Positions 43,703 to 53,700 of a stretch of DNA of 56,949 nucleotides are shown here, in pieces (positions within the stretch are counted from its first letter, which is position 1; every line of letters starts with the position of its first letter). The stretch comes from a virus. Taxonomy: Duplodnaviria; Caudoviricetes. Below the pieces are notes generated by a model. The model did not search any database. It was not told the DNA's origin and was given only the letters and a program-made list of their open reading frames with translations. The position numbers were made by a program, and so were the translations under genes. Location: positions 1 through 56,949 of the IMG/VR virus record IMGVR_UViG_3300044568_000318, one strand, 5' to 3'.

Positions 43703-46122
43703 TGGCTGGCGTCAAGATCACCACGTTCCTCGGTACTGCGCCGAAGATCTCCCCTGAGTTGCTGCCCAACACGGCAGCGCAGATCGCATCGAACTGCAAA
43801 CTGTACTCAGGTGACCTGATCCCCTATCCGCAGCCTGTGGTGACCGCCAACACGGGCCGTGTCGGCACGATCAAGACGCTGTACGCCCTGCGCAACCCGA
43901 ACAACTCTGCTGACCTGAAGTGGCTGTCCTGGCTGACGAACGTGGACATCGTCACGTCCATCGAGACCGATACGGAAGAGCAGCGGTTCTACTACACCGG
44001 GGACGGCGTGCCGAAGGTGAGCACGTACGCCCTGGCTACGGCGTCGGCTCCGTATCCTGCGGGATACTACGACCTTGGTCTGCCGCTTCCTCCGGAGTCC
44101 GCCACGCTCACGACGACTGCGGCTACGTTCACGCAGAAGACCTCAGCGAGCTTCGCCCGAGACACGAGCAACATCGCCACCCTTGTCACGGGCACGGCGC
44201 ATGGACTGCGCACGGGCAACTCGGTCACGGTATCGGGGTTCTCGTTTCGCACCGGCACATACAACCAAGCAGGCACGACCACCATCACGGTGACGATCAC
44301 TGGTCACGGTCTGTCGAACGGAGCTACTGTCTCGCTGGACTTCACGTCTGGCACGGCGAACGACGGCTCCTTCGTTGTTAGCAACGTCGCGCTCAACACG
44401 TTCGACGTTGTTGCTACAACATCGGCTACCACGAGTGGCGATGTCCGGATGGACATCCGGAGTTTCAATGCGACCAACGTGGAGTGCACGGTGGTCAATG
44501 CGACGACGTTCACCTACTTCAGCCCAGGTCCGTCTGTAGCGACAACCACGTCGACGGATGGCAAGGTGGACCTCGGGGGGCTCACGCAGGCGCGTTCGTA
44601 CGTCTTCACGTGGTATACCCCCTGGGATGAGGAGTCCGTGGCCTCCAAGCCCTCAGACAACCTCTTCATCAAAGAAGGCATCACGGTCACGGTGAGCAAC
44701 CTGCCCACTGCTGCTCCTTCCGGCAGCAACTTCATCCGTGGTGTGCGGCTGTATCGGACGCTGGCGTCCGCCTCCGGTACCGAGTACTTCCTCCTCAAGA
44801 CGCTGTGGTTTCCCACGGCGCTTGCCAACGTCCAGCGCACGAGCAACGTCTCCAGGGTGCAGTTGGCGTTCCCACACAACTTCGCCATCGGAGACCGGTT
44901 CAAGATCAGCGGCTGCTCGGTGGCGTCGTTCGACATCACGGGCGGCATCGTCACCGACATCATCGACGACAATACGTTCGAGTACGCCCAGGCGGCTGCT
45001 GATGTCGCCAGTACTGTGGCTACGGGTACGCTGTACCACGATGTCTCTCAGAACCCGCCCACGACTGCGGCTCGGTACTGGGGTGATGCGACGTACGATT
45101 TCACCGACGACTTCGACTCTACGCTTCTGCTGGACATCCTGGGGTCCGACGAGTACGACCCGCCGCCCGACGACCTCAAGGGGTTGACGGCTATCCAGAA
45201 TCAGGTCCTCTGCGGGTTCGTGGGCAACAAGCTGTACTTCTCGGAAGTCGGTCGCCCACATGCGTGGCCCATCGGCTACGCCCAGACCATCGAGCATCAG
45301 ATCGTGGGCATTGCGCCCCTGGGTGGCTCCGCGCTGGTGATGACCGATGGCTACCCTTACGTGGTGCAGGGCTCGGACCCGGCGTCGTTGTCCGTCGCTC
45401 GCGTGGACGTGCTGTACCCATGCCTGAACAGTCGCAGCATCGTGGCGATGAACTACGGCGTCGTGTACTCCACGCACGACGGGCTGGCCGTGGCTTCCCC
45501 CGGTGGTACCCAACTGATCACGCGGCTGCTGTACAACAACGACACGTGGCAGACTGAACTCAACCCCTCGACGATTGTGGCTGAGTACTACGGAGACGCC
45601 TACTTCGCCTCGCATTCGGCGGGGTCGTTCGTCTTCGAGCGTGATGAGCGCGTGGGCGGGTACTTCGTCGACACTCCATACATCTTCACCGCTTCCTGGT
45701 ACGACAGTGTCACGGGCAAGCTGTACTACGTCAGTGGGACCAACGGCGACATCTACGAGTGGGACAACCTCTCACAGCCTCCTGTCACGCAGGAGTGGAA
45801 GTCCAAGGTCATTGTCACTGCGAACATGATCAACCTGGGCGCAGCCCGCGTCATCGCTGACTACGCTGCCGAGACGGCTACCTGGGACTCGGTGTCCACG
45901 CAGTGGCAGAACACCACTGCGACGTGGAGCAGCGTCGACCCGGTGACGTTCAAGCTGTGGGTGGACAAGCAGCTTCTCTACACCACGACCGTGGCGGACA
46001 AGGACACGTTTCGCCTGCCCACCGGGTACCGGTCAGACACCTTCGAGGTGGGCGTGGAGAGCAACATCCGGGTGCGGGCAATTCACTTAGCTGAGACGGC
46101 CCTGGGTCTGCGGGAGGTCTGA
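43702..46122 (+). CDS. Tail nozzle / packaged-DNA stabilisation protein
   Basis: Size and position; GFVGNKLYFSE..RPHAWP, FRLPTGY; internal HG/HN beta repeats. Confidence 0.72.
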   Translation: MAGVKITTFLGTAPKISPELLPNTAAQIASNCKLYSGDLIPYPQPVVTANTGRVGTIKTLYALRNPNNSADLKWLSWLTNVDIVTSIETDTEEQRFYYTGDGVPKVSTYALATASAPYPAGYYDLGLPLPPESATLTTTAATFTQKTSASFARDTSNIATLVTGTAHGLRTGNSVTVSGFSFRTGTYNQAGTTTITVTITGHGLSNGATVSLDFTSGTANDGSFVVSNVALNTFDVVATTSATTSGDVRMDIRSFNATNVECTVVNATTFTYFSPGPSVATTTSTDGKVDLGGLTQARSYVFTWYTPWDEESVASKPSDNLFIKEGITVTVSNLPTAAPSGSNFIRGVRLYRTLASASGTEYFLLKTLWFPTALANVQRTSNVSRVQLAFPHNFAIGDRFKISGCSVASFDITGGIVTDIIDDNTFEYAQAAADVASTVATGTLYHDVSQNPPTTAARYWGDATYDFTDDFDSTLLLDILGSDEYDPPPDDLKGLTAIQNQVLCGFVGNKLYFSEVGRPHAWPIGYAQTIEHQIVGIAPLGGSALVMTDGYPYVVQGSDPASLSVARVDVLYPCLNSRSIVAMNYGVVYSTHDGLAVASPGGTQLITRLLYNNDTWQTELNPSTIVAEYYGDAYFASHSAGSFVFERDERVGGYFVDTPYIFTASWYDSVTGKLYYVSGTNGDIYEWDNLSQPPVTQEWKSKVIVTANMINLGAARVIADYAAETATWDSVSTQWQNTTATWSSVDPVTFKLWVDKQLLYTTTVADKDTFRLPTGYRSDTFEVGVESNIRVRAIHLAETALGLREV

Positions 46123-46472
46123 TGGCACGCCTGCCCAACTTCGCTGCGGTCCCCAACATCCCACTGAGTGACCTCAACAACTGGCAGTACTCCACGCTCA
46201 ACGCGCTCAAGGAGAACGTCGAACTGCTGACGGGTGCCCGGTCGGGTGGTGCACTGCGTGCGGTCACCAAGGCACAGATCACCGTGTCCGCCCCGGCTGC
46301 GCAGAACATGACGACCGTGACTGCGCAGGGGGTGGGGTATACCATCAGCGGTGTGAGTGTTCCGGCGCTTGACGACTACAACCAGCTTCTCTCCAACGTA
46401 CAGGTGCTTGCCAACGACGTGGCGTCCCTGCGGGCTACGGTCAACTCGCTCATCGCACAACTGAAGGCGTGA
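46122..46472 (+). CDS. Tail-associated protein (needle-like, coiled coil)
   Basis: Follows the nozzle gene; C-terminal heptads. Confidence 0.55.
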   Translation: MARLPNFAAVPNIPLSDLNNWQYSTLNALKENVELLTGARSGGALRAVTKAQITVSAPAAQNMTTVTAQGVGYTISGVSVPALDDYNQLLSNVQVLANDVASLRATVNSLIAQLKA

Positions 46473-47242
46473 TCATGAACTTCCTCACCCCCAACCCTGC
46501 GCCGACTACGTCGCTGGACCTGCCGCCCGCGCTTGCCAGCCTCATGTCGATGTCCACCACTCAGACGCCGGACATGACTGCCCAGGCTCCGATGACCCCT
46601 GTTGGGCTGAACACGGCCATGCCTGCACAACCCACGTTCATGCCGCAGTTCCAGGAGGGCGGCTCCGTGGAGCCCACGATGGCGGGACTGAACCCGCAGA
46701 TGCAGACCGGTGGCCCGATGGATGGGCAGATGCTGGAGATGCAGATCAACCAGTTCGCCAGTCAGCACCCGGAGCAGGTGCAGATGATGCAGCAGGCCAT
46801 CGCAGAGGTCATGCAGACCGGACAGTTGACCCCACAGGAACTCAACACTGTTGTCCAGTTGGCAACGGTCGCTGCGCAGAACCCGGAGATGTACCCCTAC
46901 GTACGCAAGTTCGCCATCCAGCAGGGCATCGCCACCGAGCAGGACCTACCCCCGCAGTACGACGAGGGGCTGGTGTTCATCCTGCTCCTGGTGGGGCGTG
47001 CAGTTCAGCGACAGATGGGTGGTGGTATGGGCGGCATGGAGCAGGAGGGCGAAGAGGACGATGAGTACGAACTCGAAGCCACTATCCCCACCATGAAGAA
47101 AGGCGGGGCGATGAAGAATCCTGACAGCAAGCCTGTACTTGCCATGCTGCATACGGGAGAATACGTCATCCCCGAACACATCGTCCGTGAAAAGGGGACC
47201 GCCTTCTTCGACCGCATGATCGGCAAGGATCAGATGAAATGA
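46469..47242 (+). CDS. Internal virion protein
   Basis: Met/Gln-rich; FQEGG and MKKGG...AMLHTGEYVIP. Confidence 0.6.
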   Translation: MIMNFLTPNPAPTTSLDLPPALASLMSMSTTQTPDMTAQAPMTPVGLNTAMPAQPTFMPQFQEGGSVEPTMAGLNPQMQTGGPMDGQMLEMQINQFASQHPEQVQMMQQAIAEVMQTGQLTPQELNTVVQLATVAAQNPEMYPYVRKFAIQQGIATEQDLPPQYDEGLVFILLLVGRAVQRQMGGGMGGMEQEGEEDDEYELEATIPTMKKGGAMKNPDSKPVLAMLHTGEYVIPEHIVREKGTAFFDRMIGKDQMK

Positions 47243-47664
47243 TGCAGATCGAGATGCTCACACCCGCACGGGTCACGGAGTTGTGGCCTGTGCTGGAGCC
47301 GTTGTTCACGGCTGCGTGTGAGGGCAACGAGATCGCCAAGGACGAACTCGAAGCAGGCGACATATACGTCCTTACACAAACTGACATGGCCGTTGTGTTC
47401 GTGGGCTTCGAAGGCGCTGACCCCGCCTGCATCATGGCGTTGCAGTTCAACACCACCAATGGTCGCAAGGGTGCGGACGTGATCGCTCTCGCAGGGCGCA
47501 ATCTCATGAAGTTCAAGGCTGCGTACTGGGATACGATCCTGGATTGGCTTCGTGCCAACGGTGTACAGTTCCTCGATGCCTACGCTCCTGATCGCCTTGC
47601 CCGCATCTACCGCAGCAAGTTCGGCTTCAACAAGTCCTGCTCGTACGTAAGGATGTCGCTATGA
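47239..47664 (+). CDS. GNAT-fold-like virion assembly protein
   Basis: Size and position before the ejection proteins; ALAGRN...W...G..F...R.Y..KFGF. Confidence 0.5.
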   Translation: MMQIEMLTPARVTELWPVLEPLFTAACEGNEIAKDELEAGDIYVLTQTDMAVVFVGFEGADPACIMALQFNTTNGRKGADVIALAGRNLMKFKAAYWDTILDWLRANGVQFLDAYAPDRLARIYRSKFGFNKSCSYVRMSL

Positions 47665-48944
47665 GCAAAGCTCTCAAGACCGTTATCACGGTCGCAGTCG
47701 GGGTCGCAATCCCGTTCGTTGCGCCTATGATCGCAGGCTCTGCCGCACTGGCAGGCGTCGTCGGCACTATCGGAACTACCGCCACCTCCGCCCTTGTCGG
47801 TGCAGGCATCAACGCAGCCACAGCCGCAGCCCTAGGAGGGAACGTCGAACGAGCGGCGTTAACAGGGGGCATCGGCGGTGGGATGGGTGGCTACTTCAAC
47901 GCGCCGGGTATGCCTTCTGCCCCTTCTGCGCCAACGGCAACTGCGGCGTCGGGGGCGCCCATGAGTGTGCCTTCGCAGACCGTGTTCGACCCCACGTCTG
48001 GTGCATTCGTTCAGCAGGCTGTGCCGCAGATGAGTTACGCCCCCGGCACGGCCCCTGTCATGCTGTCGACCGGGAATCTTGCCCCGCAGATTCCGGGGCT
48101 TCTTGAGGCGCAGACTGCCACCGCTGGTTTGTCTGGCCTTTCGCAGGCTATGGCGGTGCCGACTACGGAGCAGCTTGCTGGTATGGGTGTATCCCCGGCA
48201 CGTCAGGCTGGGCTGGGCGTAACACCTACTGCACAACAAGTTCAGGCTGCCGCTCAAGCTCCAGTTGCAGGAGTCACGACCACGGGTGCCCCGCAGACCT
48301 TCACGGAAGCCGTACAGCGCATCCCAGGGGAGATCGCCGGTCGGTTCCGGGACCCCAAGGCCCTGGCTGACATGACGCTGCGTGCCGCTGGTGCGCTTGC
48401 GGGCTCTGCCTTGGCGGGTCAGGGGCTGTCTCCCGAAGAGAAGCGACTGCTGGACGAGCAGACGCAGGAACTGCGGCAACTGCGTGAGACGAACCTCAAC
48501 CTGTTCAACCAGCGCCTGGAGGCCGCACAAGGTCTGCTCGGTGAGGCCAAGTACTTCGACCCCGAGTACTTCGGTCTGCAACGTGCCCGCAAGGCACAGG
48601 TGGCGGGTGCTGTCGCCAAGCAGGCAGGACTGCGCGGACTTCGGGGTGAGCGTGCTGCTGCGGAAGCGCGGCGGTACGACATTGCCACCGGTCGCAACGT
48701 GGGTACTCAGTTCGACGTGGGCTACCAGACTGGCGTCCAGGGTCGCCTGGGTACGATGCAGGCTGGACTGACCGCCATGCCGGGGCCGATGAGCATGACT
48801 TCTGGATACGAGAGTATCCGTGGGGCGTACAACGAGGAAGAGCGCCGTCGCCGCCAGCGGGAGCAGGATATCGGATCCTTGTTCGGGTCGTTGACTGGTG
48901 GTAGCCAGTCTAAGTCGCCGGGGCTTCGACCCCCTGGTGGTTGA
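47661..48944 (+). CDS. Ejection/pilot protein
   Basis: Hydrophobic Gly/Ala N-terminus and Gln-rich helices. Confidence 0.65.
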   Translation: MSKALKTVITVAVGVAIPFVAPMIAGSAALAGVVGTIGTTATSALVGAGINAATAAALGGNVERAALTGGIGGGMGGYFNAPGMPSAPSAPTATAASGAPMSVPSQTVFDPTSGAFVQQAVPQMSYAPGTAPVMLSTGNLAPQIPGLLEAQTATAGLSGLSQAMAVPTTEQLAGMGVSPARQAGLGVTPTAQQVQAAAQAPVAGVTTTGAPQTFTEAVQRIPGEIAGRFRDPKALADMTLRAAGALAGSALAGQGLSPEEKRLLDEQTQELRQLRETNLNLFNQRLEAAQGLLGEAKYFDPEYFGLQRARKAQVAGAVAKQAGLRGLRGERAAAEARRYDIATGRNVGTQFDVGYQTGVQGRLGTMQAGLTAMPGPMSMTSGYESIRGAYNEEERRRRQREQDIGSLFGSLTGGSQSKSPGLRPPGG

Positions 48945-48953
48945 GGAGAGATC

Positions 48954-50750
48954 ATGGCTCTGGGACGACTTCTTGGCGGGGCGGGTGTTGTCGCGTCTTC
49001 AATGCGGCAGGCCGAGGAGGCTGAGCGTGTCGCACGGCAGAATCAACTCAAGATCGAGGAGATGAACCGTATAGCGGCTCAGCAGGCCCCTGCTGGGCTT
49101 GCTGACATTCCGGCGACTGCGCCAAGCTACACATCCTTTCAGTTCCCAGGCGTCATGCCTATGGAGCAAGTTGCTCCTCCGGCTGCTCCGACTGCTCCTG
49201 CGGCTCCGGCTATGCCCGCTGCGCAGCCCATGTCGCGGGAACAGGCCGCGTTCATGGAGGCCAACGTCGAATACCCACCTGTGGGGTCAGGGCGGGAGGC
49301 ACCTATGCCTGCTGTTCCCACTGCACCTGGGGAGACCCCGACGCAGGCTTCGACAAGGACCCTGAGACAACTGCTGGATCAACAAGCCTCTCTGATGCAG
49401 GCGCTACGGGGGGCCAAGGGGGGTGGGCGCGAACGTGCTGCGATCTACGCGCAACTTCGTGAGTTGGAGCCACAGATTGCTGCGGCCCGTACCGCTATGC
49501 AGATGGGTGCTCGTGGGCTTGCTGTACCGACAGTCATGCCCGGTCCTGCGGCGGTTCCTCTACCCGCTGCTCCCGCCCCGGCTCCTACCCCTGCACCCGC
49601 ACCTGCCCCTGCCCCTGCTCCTGCCCCTGCTCCTGCTTTTGCTCCTGCGGCGGCTCCCATTCCCGCTGCTCCTGTTGCTGAAAGAGTCATAGCTCCGGAG
49701 GTTCAAGCTCAGCGAGACGCCGAAGCCGCTCGCATGGTGGCTGCTGAACTGGGTACGCTCGACCGCGCCGATGCACGTCTTCGAGAGATTGACGCTGAGA
49801 TCAAGCGGAACACGAACAACGAGGCCCGAGTCATTCTGCGGGCTGAGCGTGCTAGGGTAGATGCAGCCCGTCAACTGTTGTTGGGTGCTCCTGCCGCAGC
49901 CCCGACTCCTGCACCATCCATCCCGCCGCAGGCTACAGCATCCCCTGTCGCGCAGAACACGGCCAACGCGGTGCTGGCAGCTACGCCGATCCTCATTCAG
50001 ACCGATCCTGCACGCTTGTCGCAAGCCATGCAGGACACACAGGCGTTTGCTCAGCAGCAGCGGGCGCTGCTGGTTCGCCAGCGCAACGATCAGGCACAGC
50101 TTGCGCGGATGTACATGAACAGCGTCAGCGTTGGGCCGGAGGTGAAGCAGCGCCTCATGGCACAGGTCGGACAGGCCGACCTCGCGCTACAACAGTTCGA
50201 CATGCAGATGCGCGATGCCATGATCTACATGCAGGGGATGCAAGGACTGCAAGAGTTCGCCGCTACGAACAACCCGAGCCGTCTCGTCGGCGTGTGGAGT
50301 TACTTCACCGGAGCCCCCATCGGCGTGCAACCCCGTAGTGACGGGAAGTTCAACTTGTTCTATAACGGAGAGAAGTCCCAGGAAGGGCTGACCAAGCAAC
50401 AGGTTCAGGAATCTGCACAGGTTGCCATGTTTGAGTCGGCACGAAAAGCCATTGCTGAGTCCGCCGCGTTTGAGAACAAGTTGGCACTGGAAGCTAAGCA
50501 CGGACCTGCACGTATGAACGCCATGAAAGACATCTGGGTTGCCATCATCAACGGGCAAGCAGACCTCGCTAAGAAACAAGCGGAGGCGGCTCAGGGTAAG
50601 CTCACGGTGGACAGCGCAGGTAATGGTGCGTGGCTGGAGTACCCAACTGGAGTCTTCTGGGTATCACGGAATAACAAGCCGGTCGAAGTACCGGGCGTTG
50701 GAAGCGTCACGCCGGTCACTGCTCAGCGGATCACTGGCCTTGGAAGGTAA
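48954..50750 (+). CDS. Internal virion/ejection protein
   Basis: Ala/Gln/Pro-rich with a (PA)n tract; position. Confidence 0.65.
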   Translation: MALGRLLGGAGVVASSMRQAEEAERVARQNQLKIEEMNRIAAQQAPAGLADIPATAPSYTSFQFPGVMPMEQVAPPAAPTAPAAPAMPAAQPMSREQAAFMEANVEYPPVGSGREAPMPAVPTAPGETPTQASTRTLRQLLDQQASLMQALRGAKGGGRERAAIYAQLRELEPQIAAARTAMQMGARGLAVPTVMPGPAAVPLPAAPAPAPTPAPAPAPAPAPAPAPAFAPAAAPIPAAPVAERVIAPEVQAQRDAEAARMVAAELGTLDRADARLREIDAEIKRNTNNEARVILRAERARVDAARQLLLGAPAAAPTPAPSIPPQATASPVAQNTANAVLAATPILIQTDPARLSQAMQDTQAFAQQQRALLVRQRNDQAQLARMYMNSVSVGPEVKQRLMAQVGQADLALQQFDMQMRDAMIYMQGMQGLQEFAATNNPSRLVGVWSYFTGAPIGVQPRSDGKFNLFYNGEKSQEGLTKQQVQESAQVAMFESARKAIAESAAFENKLALEAKHGPARMNAMKDIWVAIINGQADLAKKQAEAAQGKLTVDSAGNGAWLEYPTGVFWVSRNNKPVEVPGVGSVTPVTAQRITGLGR

Positions 50751-50753
50751 CTC

Positions 50754-53700
50754 ATGGCAACCGCAGGTCTGTCGCTAGGAAGTTCGTTTCTTCCGGCGTC
50801 TGGCGAAGTCCCTTCGCCTGTTGTCAACCCATACGAACTGCGAGCTTCTGGGCTCAGCGGACTTGGGTCTAGCGCAGCCGACATTGCATCCCTGGGCGCA
50901 CAGGGTGTTGCGATGTTCTCGAACCGGCTGAAGCTGCCGGAAACGAAAGAACCGACGATTGCCTACAGTGGATCCAAGAAGCAGTTCTTCGTCCAGGGCA
51001 CGACGTTCGACGCTGATGATGCAGACGCGGCGCTTCGCTCCGAGCAACTTCTTGGTGGGGTACCCACGGGTTTACCCGAAGGTGACTGGATCCCGCTGAC
51101 TACCCAGCAGTACGGACAACTTCTTCAGTCGATTCGCCAGCCTGGGCTGGGCACCCTGGCGTCCAAGGGATTCGGGCGTGGGGTCGACATCAGCCAGATG
51201 CTGGTGGGCCGTGGCTTGCAGCTTGCCGGTGCCGAAGAGTTGGGTGGCCGCATCGTTGCCCAGCAGATGGAGGATCTGCGTAAGACCCAGCCGTACGAAC
51301 GACAGTTCACGGATGTCAAGTCTGGCGGGGACGCAGTTGACTGGCTGGTGGCGAACTTCGCCCAGCAAGGTCCGAACCTGATCGAGTCCATCGTCACGGC
51401 TGGCCTTGGCTTCCTGGCTGGTACTGCCTCTTCCGGTAATCCGTTGGGTGGGGCTGCGGCTTCGCTTGCCAGCGTCATCGGTAAGGAGACATGGAAGAAC
51501 TCGGTCAAGGACGCACTGAAGAAGCGTGCTGCTGGTGAGGCGTTGACCCCAGACGCAGAGAAGTTGTTGCGAACCGCCGCAGGCGTGGGGATGGCTACCG
51601 CCGTCACGTTCGGTCAGGGCATGGCTACTGGCGCTGCTGACATCTACGGTGAACTGCGTGAGCGCGGGGCCGATGCTGATGATGTAACCGCCCGGATGAC
51701 CGCCTTGAAGGGGTCTGTGCCGTACGCCTTGTTGGACATCCTGCCGGAGGCAGTGCTGTTCAGTCGCCTGCTGGGGCGTGGTGCACGTCCCGCGTTGGGC
51801 ACGCTGCCCACTGCTCGCGCCAAGGCCCTGGAGGTTGCACAGCGCGGGCTTGTCGGTGGTGCTGTGGGTGGCGCAGCCGGAGGCACTTCAGAACTGGGGC
51901 AGGAAGCACTGCTTCTCTATATGTCGGACCAGGAACTTGGTTCGCCTGAGAACGTCAAGCGGCTGATCAACTCCTTCGCCGCAGGTGCTGCGGTCAGTGG
52001 CCCCATCGGCGCTGGCGTCAACATCTTCAACCCGTCGAACCTACTGCAACCAGGCACCTCCACCGACCCCACGGGGACTCAGCAGCCGGTCACGCCGACG
52101 CTGCCTGCCAGCGCACCTCGCGGAACTCAGGGCGAGCTGTTCCCCATCGCTCCTGGGGAGATGGCAGGTCCTGCGTTCTCGCCGCTCCCTCCTCGACCCG
52201 CTCCGGGCGTCGTGCCTGCACAGCCTGGGCAGATGGCGCTGTTCGAACCGACTGCGCCCACGGTTGCGTCCAGGATGGAGCGCGGCATGATGCCGCCTGG
52301 GCCGATGGCGCAGGGTCAGTTGGCTCTGGTCGGTGGTCAGGTTGCGCCGGGATACGTGCCGCCGCAGGCGTTCGCTCCTGAGGTTCCAGCAGTCCCTGGC
52401 TTGTCTTCGCAAGAAGCCGCCGCACAAGGTGCGCTTCAGTTCGCTCCGCCTGCTCCTGAGGGTCGCCCGGTTGGCACTATGGCTAACCAACTCCAGGCCA
52501 TCGTGGACCGACAGCGCCGCGAGCGTGAGCTTGCCGCCATCGAGGCCCAGCAGGCCGCACAGCGTGAGGCAGACCTGGAACGACTGGCCGTTCAGGCTAC
52601 GAATCAGCGACTACTGGAACAAGCAGGACTTGCCGAAGCGCCTGCGCCCGCACCGGCCCTGCCGATGGTGCCCATCACCCCCCGTCAACCGCAGCAGTTG
52701 CCGCTGTTCACGCGCCGTCAGGCTCCGGTCCCGCCGAAGGCAGGGCAGTTGCGCCGTGGGCGCAAGATGCAGCCCGCTCCTGCTGCACAGCCCGACCGTG
52801 GCATCCGGCAGGCGACGTTGCAACTGCCGATGTTTACCGCTACGGGTGAGCCTTCGCTGCCCGCGCTCAAGGCTGCTGGTACCCGGAAGAAGGTCGCTGC
52901 TGCGCCCGCCCCTACACCTGCGAAGAATACTGCCGGTGCTCGTGGTCTGAAGAAGGGTGCCAAGGTCGCAGAGATCAATGTCGCAGAAGCTGAACGTCCT
53001 GAAGTTGCTACGCAACGAGCTACGCTAGAAAGATTGCTTCCCAAGGAAACTGGCAACTTGAAGTTGGAAAAAATTACTGCTTATGCTGGTAACTGGCGTG
53101 TGTCGTACATTACCGCCGATGGCCGTAGCGGTAACAGTATGCCAGTCAATGCTGAGGATTTGGTTGGGAAAACGGACGCTGAGATTAAAGTAATGCTGGC
53201 TGACCGTGCCCGAAAGAACGGATTAAAAGAAGTCGCAGATGCCATTGAAACAAGGAACCTCAAACAAGGTCGTGTCGCAAAACGTGCGGAAGATCGTACG
53301 GGAGTGGGAGCAGGGGGGAACGCTGGGCAACAGCCCCCGACCCAAGAGCAAGGCGCAGGCCGTCCGGCAGGCGGTCGCGGCGTCGCTCTCAAGCGCGGGA
53401 AGAAAGCAGAAGTAGCTCCAACAGCCAAGGTCATCCCGCTGAAGCGAAAAGAAACAGCACCTACTCCGGCAACGGTTGAGACTCTGGTTCGCTTCCGTTG
53501 GACAGACGGCACCCGTGGAGCGTATGTTGTGCTCAGCAACGGTAAGGTTGTTGAACTGTACGCATTCGACACCAACACGTGGACCTCACCTGCTGTAGCG
53601 GAGGACGTGACGTTGGGCACTACCCTGCAAGAGGCAGCCCAGGAGGTTGCTTCTCGGGAGGGTACTGCACAAGAAGTGCCCGCTGTCTCAGAGGCCCGCA

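Noticed and set aside
49560-49670. Short tandem GC-rich repeats (also 6230-6400 and 38100-38160)
   Set aside because: They encode Pro/Ala linkers; there is no repeat-spacer structure, so not CRISPR.
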